Of a stretch of 64,000 bases of DNA, positions 39,579-48,494 are shown in pieces. The stretch lies in NCBI GenBank assembly GCA_965261085.1, contig OZ253442.1, positions 1,504,001-1,568,000 on the forward strand. Reading direction: 5' to 3'. The translations under genes were made by a program, and so were the position numbers. The notes under the pieces were generated by a model, which searched no databases, had not been told where the DNA came from, and saw only the letters and a list, made by a program, of their open reading frames with translations. How positions within the stretch are numbered: the stretch's first letter is position 1; every line of letters starts with the position of its first letter. This DNA comes from a bacterium. GTDB taxonomy: Bacteria > UBA8248.

Positions 39579-40765
39579 AGTTCTCGCCCCTCCCCATCAC
39601 CGGGGTCGGCCTGGTAACGGCGGCGGGATGTGGCGTCGAACCCGCCTGGGAGGCGCTTTGCGCGGGCCGCTTCCTTCTCGCCTTAGACGCAGACCCCGAA
39701 CTCGCCGGTTTTCCTCCCATCGAAACGGCGCGGTGCGCGCGGATCGACCCCGAATCCATCGGCGCGGACCGCCGTGCGGCGAGAATCATGGGCCATCACA
39801 CCCACATGCTCCTGGCGGCGGTTCACGATGCGCTGGCGGGCGCTCCCGCCGCCCTGGAGATGGCCGGGGAGGAGGTCGCCTTTTTCGCAGGCATGGACTC
39901 GGTCGATCCGGGGAGCGATGAGCTGCTCGGCGCGGTGAGGGAATCGGGGGGCCGGGCGGACCTCGGGCATTTCTTCCGCGAGGGGATGGACGGCATCCCT
40001 CCCTTATGGCCGCTCGGCTTGCTGAACGCGATAGGCTTCAGCCAGGTGGCGATTCAGCATGGCTGGCGCGGCGAGAACGCCGTTTTCAGCGCGGGTGCGG
40101 AGGCGACGGCGCGAGCCGTCTGCGAGGCGGCGGACTCCGTGGGGACGGGCAAGGCGAGGCTCGCTCTTGCCGCCGGCGTGAGTGGGGTGATTTCCCCCCG
40201 GATGCTGGCCCGCGCGGCGCGGCGGGGCGTCTGGCCCCAAGCCGGGGGGCTGGGCGAGGGTGCGGGGGTGATTCGTTTCGAGAAGCCTGAGGATGCCGAT
40301 CCGTCCAAAATACTTGGTTGGCTCAAGGGTTATTGTTCCGTTCGCGCGCTTAAAAAACGAGGCGGCCTCGCCCGGGCGATTCAAAAATCGGCCCAAGGCG
40401 CGCTCGCAAGTGCTGGTCTCGCGCCCGGGGAGGTGGACCTCCTCGTGCTTCATGGGGAGGGGGAGTCCCGGGCGGATGACGCGGAGGCGGAAACAATTTC
40501 CGCCATTTTCGGGTGCCACAAACCTTGGGGGCTTGCGACGAAGGGCATATTCGGCCACCTTTGGGGGGGGAGTCCGGCGCTGGACTTGATCATGGCGCTG
40601 AGAGCGTTGGCGGAAGGCGGGGCGCTCCCGGCTCCCGGAATGATGGAGAATTTGTTTCGCGGCGCGGCGCATGTGCCCGGTCGGGACGAACTGCAAAACG
40701 CGCTCGTGCTTCTGCAGGGCTTCGACGGCGTATGCGCAGGCTTCGTCGTGGGGAAAAACGCTTGA
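39575..40765 (+). CDS. Ketosynthase-like / chain-length-factor partner (no catalytic Cys)
   Basis: GTG overlaps the upstream stop. ITGVGLV, PLWPLGLLNA, SAGAEA in place of SAC, GEGAG, LHGEG and KGIFGHL. Confidence 0.8.
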   Translation: MKFSPLPITGVGLVTAAGCGVEPAWEALCAGRFLLALDADPELAGFPPIETARCARIDPESIGADRRAARIMGHHTHMLLAAVHDALAGAPAALEMAGEEVAFFAGMDSVDPGSDELLGAVRESGGRADLGHFFREGMDGIPPLWPLGLLNAIGFSQVAIQHGWRGENAVFSAGAEATARAVCEAADSVGTGKARLALAAGVSGVISPRMLARAARRGVWPQAGGLGEGAGVIRFEKPEDADPSKILGWLKGYCSVRALKKRGGLARAIQKSAQGALASAGLAPGEVDLLVLHGEGESRADDAEAETISAIFGCHKPWGLATKGIFGHLWGGSPALDLIMALRALAEGGALPAPGMMENLFRGAAHVPGRDELQNALVLLQGFDGVCAGFVVGKNA

Positions 40766-40780
40766 CGGGAGAACGGGAAA

Positions 40781-41233
40781 TTGCGGTTTCTCTTTTTCGA
40801 TCAGATCAAGGAAGTGGTGCGCGGCGAGCGCATCGTGGGCGTCAAGACGTTTCCACTCTCGGAAGCGTATCTGAACGCCCATTTCAGTCGCGCTCCCCGG
40901 GTGCCCGGCTCTATCCTGATAGAGGCGATGGCGCAGATTACGGGGTGGCTCGTGGTCTACACGCATGATTTCAAGACCTCGTGCGTCATCTCGCTCATCG
41001 ACGACGTGGAGGTGGCGAGCGACCTGCGCCCGGGGGTGTCTTTGGAGATTCATGGCGAGATAATCGATACGAACGAACGGGCGAGCCTGTGCCGCGCGAG
41101 GATCGAAAAAGACGGCGTCCCCGTGGCCAAAGCGGAGCGGTTCGTCTATCCCCATTTTCCCAACGATGACCCCGACGGCCTAAAAGAGCGCTTCAGGAGC
41201 TATGGCTGGCTGGAGTTCGAGGCGAGCCCATGA
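40781..41233 (+). CDS. FabZ/FabA-type 3-hydroxyacyl-ACP dehydratase
   Basis: MRFLFFDQI, AHF..APRVPGSILIEAMAQ. Confidence 0.88.
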   Translation: MRFLFFDQIKEVVRGERIVGVKTFPLSEAYLNAHFSRAPRVPGSILIEAMAQITGWLVVYTHDFKTSCVISLIDDVEVASDLRPGVSLEIHGEIIDTNERASLCRARIEKDGVPVAKAERFVYPHFPNDDPDGLKERFRSYGWLEFEASP

Positions 41234-42495
41234 GCGCGCAGGTATTCATCACGGGTCTCGGCATGGTGACCTCGCTGGGCGCCGACGTGGAAACCTCGTG
41301 GCGACGTGCGCTGGCCGGTGAATCGGGCATCGCGCCGATAGAATCTTTCGACGCGAAGGCGCTGCCCATCGCCGGAGCAGGGGAGGTTTCAGAGGAAACG
41401 CTCCTCGCCATCAGGGAGAGGCTGCCCGAAGAATACGCGGGAGAGGGCGAGTGCAGGGTGTTGTTCGCGCTCGATGCCGCGCAGAGCGCGGTGGCCGACG
41501 CCGGGATGCGCCCCGGCGATTATGCGCCCGAGCGCGCGGGCGTGGTGATGGGAACCGGGCTGAGCAGCTACCGGCTGGAAGATTTTTCCGCCTGGGCGGA
41601 CCCGGAAAACGGTTTCGACGCCGCGCGCTTCGCCAGAGAACTCGACAAGACGCAAGTATCGGGCTACTTCAACAACCCGCCCGAGCGGGCGACGTCGAAG
41701 ATTGCGGAGTGGTTCGAACTCGGGGGCCCCACCGGCACCATCACCTCCGCCTGCGCGGCGGCGGGACAGGCGATAGGCCTCGGGATGCGCATGATCCGCA
41801 GGGGCGAGGCGGACGTGGTTCTTTGCGGCGGGGCCGATTCGATGATCCATCCCGTCGGGATGGCCATATTCCTCCTGCTGGGCGCCGCGTCAAAATCGAA
41901 AGACCCCGTTTGCCGCCCGTTCGACAGGAGACGCTCCGGCCTCGCCGTGGGCGAGGGAGCGGGCGTGGTGGTTCTCGAATCAGAAGCCCATGCGCGCAAG
42001 AGGGGCGCTGCGCCCTATGCCGCCCTGTCGGGCTATGGCGCGAGCATGGACGCCCACCAGGTGACGGCCCCCCACCCGGCGGGCCGTGGCGCAGTTCGCT
42101 CGATGAGCGAGGCGATAGAAGATGCGGGTCTCGCGCCTTCCGACGTCGTCTACGTCAACGCGCACGGCACGGGCACGAAACTAAACGATCCGGTCGAGAG
42201 CAGGGCGATCCGCGAGGTGTTCGGCGCGCGGGCGGATTCGCTGGCGGTGAGTTCTTCCAAATCCATGATCGGGCATTTGATAGCCGCCTGCGGCGCGCCC
42301 GAGTTCATCTTCACGGCCTTGAGCGTCGCGCGCGACATCGTGCATCCTACGACGAACCTGGAGAACCCGGACCCGAAGTGTAATCTCGACTACGTGGCCG
42401 AGGGGGCGAGAGAGATGCCCGTGCCCGCCGCCATCACGAATTCCTTCGGCTTCGGCGGTCAAAACGCCACCCTCCTCGTGAGAAAGGCGGCTTAG
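41230..42495 (+). CDS. Beta-ketoacyl-ACP synthase (FabF-type), intact Cys-His-His
   Basis: SACAAAGQ, CRPFDRRRSG, NAHGTGT, KSMIGHL and NSFGFGG. Confidence 0.93.
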   Translation: MSAQVFITGLGMVTSLGADVETSWRRALAGESGIAPIESFDAKALPIAGAGEVSEETLLAIRERLPEEYAGEGECRVLFALDAAQSAVADAGMRPGDYAPERAGVVMGTGLSSYRLEDFSAWADPENGFDAARFARELDKTQVSGYFNNPPERATSKIAEWFELGGPTGTITSACAAAGQAIGLGMRMIRRGEADVVLCGGADSMIHPVGMAIFLLLGAASKSKDPVCRPFDRRRSGLAVGEGAGVVVLESEAHARKRGAAPYAALSGYGASMDAHQVTAPHPAGRGAVRSMSEAIEDAGLAPSDVVYVNAHGTGTKLNDPVESRAIREVFGARADSLAVSSSKSMIGHLIAACGAPEFIFTALSVARDIVHPTTNLENPDPKCNLDYVAEGAREMPVPAAITNSFGFGGQNATLLVRKAA

Positions 42496-42520
42496 AGACT
42501 TAGAAGAAAGGTGATTCAGA

Positions 42521-43273
42521 ATGAAAATCGATTTAAGCGGAAAAATTGCGCTGGTGACCGGAGGCGGGCGGGGCATCGGACGCGCCTGCTGCACGGCCCT
42601 GGCCGAGGCGGGCGCTTCGGTGGCGGTCAACTACAGCCGCTCGGCCGAGGCCGCCGAGGAAGTGAAACAGGAGATCGAGTCAGCCGGCGGCAAGGCGCTC
42701 ACCTACCAGGCCGACGTTTCCTCTTATGAGGAGGTGACGGCGATGTTCGATAAGGTGAAGGAGGATTTCGGCACGCTCGACATCCTGGTGAACAACGCGG
42801 GCGTCATCCAGGACGGTCTGCTGCTCACGATGAAGCCCGCCGGCTGGCGGAAGGTCATCGGCGTAAGCCTGGACGGCGCCTTTCACTGCACGAAGGCGGC
42901 GGGCGAGATTATGTTCAGAAAGCGTTCCGGCAAGGTGATCAGCATCTCCTCGGTCATGGGAGTCTCGGGCGGGGCCGGGCAGACGAACTACGCTTCCGCC
43001 AAGGCGGGCATCATCGCCTTCATGCGCGCCTGCGCCGCCGAAATGGGAAAACGGGGTATTCAGTTCAACACCATTTTGCCGGGGATGATCGTCACCGACA
43101 TGAGCGAGCGCGTGCGCGAGAAGGGTGGAGACGTGATTTTAGGGCGCATACCGGCTGGCCGCTTTGGTGAACCCGAGGACGTGGCCAGGCTCGTGGTGTT
43201 CCTGGCTTCGGCGCAATCGGATTACATCACCGGTCAGGCGATAGCTGTGGATGGCGGCCTGCTTACCGGCTGA
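42521..43273 (+). CDS. fabG: 3-oxoacyl-ACP reductase
   Basis: TGGGRGIG, LVNNAG, NYASAK, PGMIVTDM and YITGQ.I.VDGG. Confidence 0.9.
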   Translation: MKIDLSGKIALVTGGGRGIGRACCTALAEAGASVAVNYSRSAEAAEEVKQEIESAGGKALTYQADVSSYEEVTAMFDKVKEDFGTLDILVNNAGVIQDGLLLTMKPAGWRKVIGVSLDGAFHCTKAAGEIMFRKRSGKVISISSVMGVSGGAGQTNYASAKAGIIAFMRACAAEMGKRGIQFNTILPGMIVTDMSERVREKGGDVILGRIPAGRFGEPEDVARLVVFLASAQSDYITGQAIAVDGGLLTG

Positions 43274-43292
43274 AGGCGGAGGAGTTTTGGGG

Positions 43293-43709
43293 ATGCGGCT
43301 GTACCAGGGGGTGGATTTGGTGGAGGTGGCGCGCTTGAAGGAGGCCTACGAGCGTCACGAGGCGTTCGGCGAAGACGTGTTCACGGAAGCCGAGCGCGCC
43401 TATTGCTTGAAGCGCCGCAATCCCTATCCCCATTTCGCGGCCCGCTTCGCGGCGAAAGAGGCCTGCCTCAAGGCCTTCGGACTCGGTCTTTCCGAACCGG
43501 GCGGGCTGGGCGGTCGAGGCCGTCTGCGCGAGATCGAAGTGGAATCGGCGGCCTCGGGCAAGCCCACGCTCAAGCTGAGCGGTTCGATGGAGCGCATGAG
43601 CGCGAGAAAGAAGATCACCCAGTCCACCATTTCGCTGAGCCATACGCTGGAGTTGGCGGTGGCCCAGGTGATTCTCTTAAGCGATGACGGGCCGGAAGAA
43701 ATCGGCTAG
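43293..43709 (+). CDS. acpS: Holo-ACP synthase (phosphopantetheinyl transferase)
   Basis: GVDLVEV.R, VFT..E..YC, AARFAAKEA..KA, SGKP and ISLSH. Confidence 0.93.
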   Translation: MRLYQGVDLVEVARLKEAYERHEAFGEDVFTEAERAYCLKRRNPYPHFAARFAAKEACLKAFGLGLSEPGGLGGRGRLREIEVESAASGKPTLKLSGSMERMSARKKITQSTISLSHTLELAVAQVILLSDDGPEEIG

Positions 43710-43721
43710 GGGGTTGTTCGT

Positions 43722-44174
43722 TTGAGATACATGCTCGTGGACAGGGTGATGGCGTGGGAGGCGGGAGCCTCCATACAGGGGGTGAAGAACGTCACGATGA
43801 GCGAGGATTTTCTGGAGTTTCACTTTCCCCGGTTTCCCGTCATGCCGGGTGCGATGATATTCGAGGGTCTCGTCCAGCTTGCCGGCTGGCTCGAGGCGGC
43901 GGGCTCTGATTTTGCGAACTGGATTCTTTTGGAAAAGGTTCGCAGCGTCAGGTACTATGGATTCGCCTTTCCGGGGGATCAGGTCCTCCTGAACGTGGAG
44001 GCGCGGGGAGAGGAAGAAGGACTCAGGAATTTCAGGGGTGTGGCCACCGTGGAGGGGGAACGCCGGGTGGTCGCCGATTTTGGGGCAAAGGTGGTGCGGC
44101 TTGCGGATTACGAGGATCCTGAAGAGCAGCGTCATCATTTTCGTGTTCTCGGCCGCGAGATTCGGTTGAGTTAG
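43722..44174 (+). CDS. FabZ-type dehydratase (second copy)
   Basis: MLVDRV, GVKNVTMSEDFLEFHFPRFPVMPG.MIFEGLVQ and PGDQ. Confidence 0.9.
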   Translation: MRYMLVDRVMAWEAGASIQGVKNVTMSEDFLEFHFPRFPVMPGAMIFEGLVQLAGWLEAAGSDFANWILLEKVRSVRYYGFAFPGDQVLLNVEARGEEEGLRNFRGVATVEGERRVVADFGAKVVRLADYEDPEEQRHHFRVLGREIRLS

Positions 44175-44186
44175 GCGGGATGACCG

Positions 44187-45485
44187 ATGCGAGGCGCGGA
44201 TGTGTGGATCACGGGCGTGGGGTTGCTGACTTCTGTGGGCGAGAGCGCCCCGGAGAACTGGGAAGCGTTTCGCGCCGGCAGAAGCGGCGTCGCCTATCAT
44301 CCAGGCGAGGAGAACGACTCTTTTCCGGATAATTTCTTCTACCGTGGCGCAATCCCCGGCCACGAAGACCCGCCCGAGGTGCCGCCCAGACTCGCGAGCC
44401 AGCGGAAATTCCTGAACAGAAGCTCCATCCTGGGGCTTTACGCGGCGGCGGAAGCGGTGGCTTGCGCCGGCCTCGACATAGGGGAGGTGGCGCCCGAGAG
44501 AAAGTCCCTCTATGTGGGCGCCGGCGATTTCACGCGGGTGGGCTATGTGGATTTCTACGCGGCGCTCAAACAGACCGCCGGCGAGGCGTGGGATGTACCG
44601 AAGCCTGAGTCCCTCAACGAAGCGGCGCTCCACAAGGTAAGCCCTTTTTTCCTGCTCGAGGGCCTGCCGAACAATCTGTTCAGCTATCTATCTGCCATGT
44701 ACGAATTCATGGGGCCGAACGGCAGCTTCTCCAGCCTTTCTTCGTGCGGCGCGCAGGCGCTCGAGAATTGCGACCGCGTGCTTCGCTTTGGGGAGGCCGA
44801 TGTCGGCCTGATCGTAGGTTGCGGAAGCTGGGCGCACCCCGTGATGCTTCTGGAACTGGACGGCCTGGGTATTCTCTCCCGGGCGAAAGATGGTCCTGCG
44901 TCGTTTCGGCCTTTCGACAAGAGGCGCGATGGATTCTTCCCCGGAGAAGGGGCCGCCGCCCTGGTGCTGGAGAGCGCCGAATCCGCCCGGGCGCGGGGCG
45001 CGAAGCCCCTGGGCCGCGTCATCGGCGCGGCGAATTGCCAGGAATTCTCCTCTGAGCGCTATATTCCCGTTCCAACTGGAGCGGTGCGCCATTCGGTGGA
45101 ATCGGCCATGGCCGAGGCGGGCCTCGCGCCCGATGATCTGGCTTTCATCCTTCCCCACGGGAGCGCGACGCCCCAAGGAGACGCGGGCGAATTGTCCGCC
45201 TTGCTCTCGTATTGCGGCGAAGCGAAAGGCGCGATTCCGCTCGCGGGCTGGAAGCCCTATACGGGACACATGGGCTCCGCCAGTGATTTGAGCGAGATGA
45301 TCCTGGGGCTCTCCGCCCTCAAAGACGGCCGCCTCCCGCCCACGCCGGGTTTGGAGCAAAAAGACGATGCGTTCGAGGCCCTCCACATCCCCACCGAAGA
45401 ATGCGCCGTCGCGGGGGCTGCGTTCTTGTCCTTGAGTCACGGCATCGGCGGGCAATCCTCCGCAACCATCGTCGCCGCGCAGTGA
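44187..45485 (+). CDS. Ketosynthase-like protein with Cys replaced by Ser at the active site (CLF or decarboxylase)
   Basis: VWITGVG, PFFLLEGLPNN, SSLSSCG aligned to SACAAG, FRPFD.RRDGF.PGEG, PHGS and GHM. Confidence 0.82.
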   Translation: MRGADVWITGVGLLTSVGESAPENWEAFRAGRSGVAYHPGEENDSFPDNFFYRGAIPGHEDPPEVPPRLASQRKFLNRSSILGLYAAAEAVACAGLDIGEVAPERKSLYVGAGDFTRVGYVDFYAALKQTAGEAWDVPKPESLNEAALHKVSPFFLLEGLPNNLFSYLSAMYEFMGPNGSFSSLSSCGAQALENCDRVLRFGEADVGLIVGCGSWAHPVMLLELDGLGILSRAKDGPASFRPFDKRRDGFFPGEGAAALVLESAESARARGAKPLGRVIGAANCQEFSSERYIPVPTGAVRHSVESAMAEAGLAPDDLAFILPHGSATPQGDAGELSALLSYCGEAKGAIPLAGWKPYTGHMGSASDLSEMILGLSALKDGRLPPTPGLEQKDDAFEALHIPTEECAVAGAAFLSLSHGIGGQSSATIVAAQ

Positions 45486-46468
45486 ACAAATCCGGGAAAC
45501 CCAAAAAGAGAAGGCGGAGCAAAGACAAGGGCGCATTTCACCAATGGGTGGAATACGCCGTACTCGTCTCGTTTCTGAAGCTGATTCGCCTGCTGCCCTA
45601 CGGGGCTTGCCGCGCCGTCGCCGCCGTGGCGGGAGAGGCGATTTTCCGGTTCGCTCCCAGGAGAAGGCGCATCGCGCGGGCCAACCTGCGCATTGCCTTT
45701 CCCGAACTCGACGAGACGCAGCGCCTGGTTCTGGCGAGGCGCAGTTGCCGTTCGTTCGTCCTCACCTGTCTGGAGGGTGCGAAGTTTCTCTATCGCTTCG
45801 AGCCGCGACGCGCAGAGGAGACGATGCGCGAGATCGTGGACGGGGCGGAGGAGATGTTCGAAAAGGTGCGCGCGGTTCACGAAGACGCGGGCGGCTGTGT
45901 GTTCGTCGTGCCGCATTTGGGGAACTGGGAGTGCCTCGCCCATGCCGGCGCGCTGGCGGGGATTCCGCTCACCATACCCGTGCGTCCCCTGGACAACCGG
46001 AAGCTCGAAGCCTTGCTGTATGAAATGCGCGCGTCCTCCGGGCAGGAGATACTCGCCAAGAAAAACGCTTTCTTCCATCTGCGCGAGGCGCTGCGCAAGG
46101 GTCGCTCGGTGGCGATTCTGGCGGACCAGAACGCGGGCGGCGAGGGGATAGACGCGCCGTTTTTCGGCAAGCCCGCCAGGACGACGCCGGCCCCCGCCGC
46201 GCTCGCGGTTTTGTACAACCGGCCCATCGTGCTGATTTCGTGCCTGAGAAAAGGGGATGGCCGGCGCTATGAGATATTGGTGAGCGAACCGGTAGTCCCC
46301 GATATGGATGCGCAAAGCGCGAAGGGGGAAATCGAGAGGCTCACGAGGGCGGTGAACGAGGAGACGGAAAATTTCATACGGAAAGGGCCGGAGCAGTACC
46401 TATGGATACACGACAGGTGGAAACTCACCAAAAAAGTAGGACCCGCGCGTTGGGCCGACTCAAATTGA
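45482..46468 (+). CDS. LpxL/HtrB-family lysophospholipid acyltransferase
   Basis: GTG overlaps the upstream stop. RANLRIAFPE, HLGNWE, ILADQ, PFFG..A.T and PEQYLWIHDRWK. Confidence 0.9.
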   Translation: MNKSGKPKKRRRSKDKGAFHQWVEYAVLVSFLKLIRLLPYGACRAVAAVAGEAIFRFAPRRRRIARANLRIAFPELDETQRLVLARRSCRSFVLTCLEGAKFLYRFEPRRAEETMREIVDGAEEMFEKVRAVHEDAGGCVFVVPHLGNWECLAHAGALAGIPLTIPVRPLDNRKLEALLYEMRASSGQEILAKKNAFFHLREALRKGRSVAILADQNAGGEGIDAPFFGKPARTTPAPAALAVLYNRPIVLISCLRKGDGRRYEILVSEPVVPDMDAQSAKGEIERLTRAVNEETENFIRKGPEQYLWIHDRWKLTKKVGPARWADSN

Positions 46469-46867
46469 GGATTGAGAGGGAGAGGCGGTTTCTTCCAGGT
46501 GCATGAAGAAGGGGACGCCCAGTTTCTTCAGTTTCGCCTCGATCTTTTCCGTGCAATCGCAATCGCCGCAGACGGGATAGCCCTCGCAATCTTCGAGTTT
46601 TCGGGCGAAGCGCACGTCGATTTCCTCGAAATACGCCTCCCAGTAGGGCAGTTCCTCGTACAGTTCATAACCCGGCCCGAACGCCTCGCGGCAGTAGCAG
46701 ACCTCAAGCCAGCGGACCTCGCCCTCGGTCGTGAGCCTCGCATCTTTCATGCATTTCAGGAAAGTTTTATGCGCGATGGAGCCGCGCCCGAGTTCGCCCG
46801 ATTCGATGGCTTCGAGCAAGGCGGCGCTTTTCCCATCGATGACTTTTCCGCGCACCAGATATCGCAT
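46460..46867 (-). CDS. Hypothetical Cys-rich protein
   Basis: GGAGG RBS. LG.GSIA, WLEVCYC, EELPYWE.YF and C.GYPVCGDCDCT motifs. Confidence 0.72.
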   Translation of the reverse strand: MRYLVRGKVIDGKSAALLEAIESGELGRGSIAHKTFLKCMKDARLTTEGEVRWLEVCYCREAFGPGYELYEELPYWEAYFEEIDVRFARKLEDCEGYPVCGDCDCTEKIEAKLKKLGVPFFMHLEETASPSQSSI

Positions 46868-47007
46868 GGAACCTCCACGCCTTTTTCATGAACCATTCAT
46901 TCGATTGTAACATAAGCGTTATGATTCATGTATAGATTGGCGAAGGCTTCGAGCATCGAAGGCGTGCGAGAGCAGGGATGAGCTCGATGAACCCGGGAGT
47001 CGGTGGC

Positions 47008-48468
47008 ATGACGGAAAAACCAATCGAAATCACCATGGTGGCGAGCGAGATGTTTCCCTTCGCCAAATCGGGCGGGCTGGGCGACGTCATCGGCGCGCTG
47101 CCGGCGGCGCTGAGGCGAATGGGCCACAATGTCTGTGTCTACCTGCCCGCGTACCGCGCCATTCTCCGTAAATACGAGCCCGGCTCCCCCGCGCAGGTCG
47201 CAGACGTCTTCTCGGATGCGCGCTACGAGGTGTTCTCGCTGGAGCACGAGGGCGTTTCGGTCAAACTCGTCGCTGCGGATGAGCTGTTCGATCGGGACGG
47301 GTTCTACGGAGACGCAGACGGGGCGTTTCCCGACAACGCGGAGCGCTTCGCCCGTTTCGCCCGGGGCGCGCTCTCCCACATGGAACGGGAAGGGGCGTAT
47401 CCGTCCGTCATCCATTGCCATGACTGGCAAAGCGCCCTGATACCCCCCTTGTTGAAATATCGCCGCGCGGACGATGCGAATTGGAGCGGTGTTTCCACCG
47501 TTTTCACCATCCACAACCTGGCGTATCAGGGCCGCTTCCACCCGGATGATTTCGCGCACACTTGCCTTCCCGATGAGGCGATGGGCTTCGAGGGCCTGGA
47601 ATTTCACGACGACGTGAACTTCATGAAGGGCGGCATCTTGTTCAGCGACGTCTTCTCGACGGTGAGCGAGCGGTATGCGCAGGAGATGCTGACGAAAGAA
47701 CAGGGAGAGGGGCTCGAAGGGGTGGTCGCTCTCAAATCTTCTTCTTTGTTCGGCATCATGAACGGCATCGACGATGGGGTCTGGAATCCCGAAAGCGACC
47801 CCCACGTTCCGGATCCGTTCTCGAGCGCGCATCCGGAAGCGAAGGGGAAGTGCAAGGCGGCGCTGCAGGCTGAATTGGGGTTGGACCCGGACGCAAAGGG
47901 GCCTTTATGCGTCGTCGTCTCGCGGCTCGCGCATCAGAAGGGAATCGACCTGATTCTCGAAACGATGGACGAGTTGATGGATTCAGGCGTAAGCCTGGCT
48001 GTCCTGGGAACCGGCGAGGAGGAGTTGGAGGAAGCCCTGGCGGAGGCCGCCGCGGCCCACCCGGGCCGGGTGGCTTTCGCGCCCGCCTACGACGAGGCGC
48101 TCTCTCACCGCATGTACGCAGGAGGCGACGTTTTGCTGATGCCCTCGCGCTATGAGCCTTCAGGCCTGAACCAGCTATACGCCATGCGCTACGGCGCCCT
48201 CCCTTACGTGCGGCGGGTCGGCGGACTCGCGGATTCTGTTTCTTCATCTCCCGTACCTGCGCCGGACGTGGACACCGGCTTTCATTTCGACGCCTTCGCT
48301 CCTGCCGATTTCCTCGCAGGAATGAAGGGGATTTGCCGGGTGTTTTTGGATCAGGGGCTTTGGCGTATGATGATGCGAAACGCGATGGATAAGAACTCCG
48401 GTTGGGACGGCGTCGCGCCCCGTTATGTCGATTTATACGAAAAGGCGATGCGCCCGCAGCCGCGTTGA
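47008..48468 (+). CDS. glgA: Glycogen synthase
   Basis: SEMFPFAKSGGLGDV, HCHDWQ, TIHNLAYQG, GIMNGID, SRL..QKG and MPSRYEP.GLNQ. Confidence 0.95.
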   Translation: MTEKPIEITMVASEMFPFAKSGGLGDVIGALPAALRRMGHNVCVYLPAYRAILRKYEPGSPAQVADVFSDARYEVFSLEHEGVSVKLVAADELFDRDGFYGDADGAFPDNAERFARFARGALSHMEREGAYPSVIHCHDWQSALIPPLLKYRRADDANWSGVSTVFTIHNLAYQGRFHPDDFAHTCLPDEAMGFEGLEFHDDVNFMKGGILFSDVFSTVSERYAQEMLTKEQGEGLEGVVALKSSSLFGIMNGIDDGVWNPESDPHVPDPFSSAHPEAKGKCKAALQAELGLDPDAKGPLCVVVSRLAHQKGIDLILETMDELMDSGVSLAVLGTGEEELEEALAEAAAAHPGRVAFAPAYDEALSHRMYAGGDVLLMPSRYEPSGLNQLYAMRYGALPYVRRVGGLADSVSSSPVPAPDVDTGFHFDAFAPADFLAGMKGICRVFLDQGLWRMMMRNAMDKNSGWDGVAPRYVDLYEKAMRPQPR

Positions 48469-48494
48469 GACGAGTCGAACAAAGGAGCCAGAGT

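Noticed and set aside
36742-46468. Calling the cluster an aryl polyene or true ladderane pathway
   Set aside because: There is no aryl-CoA ligase, methyltransferase, glycosyltransferase or radical SAM gene, so the product cannot be assigned.
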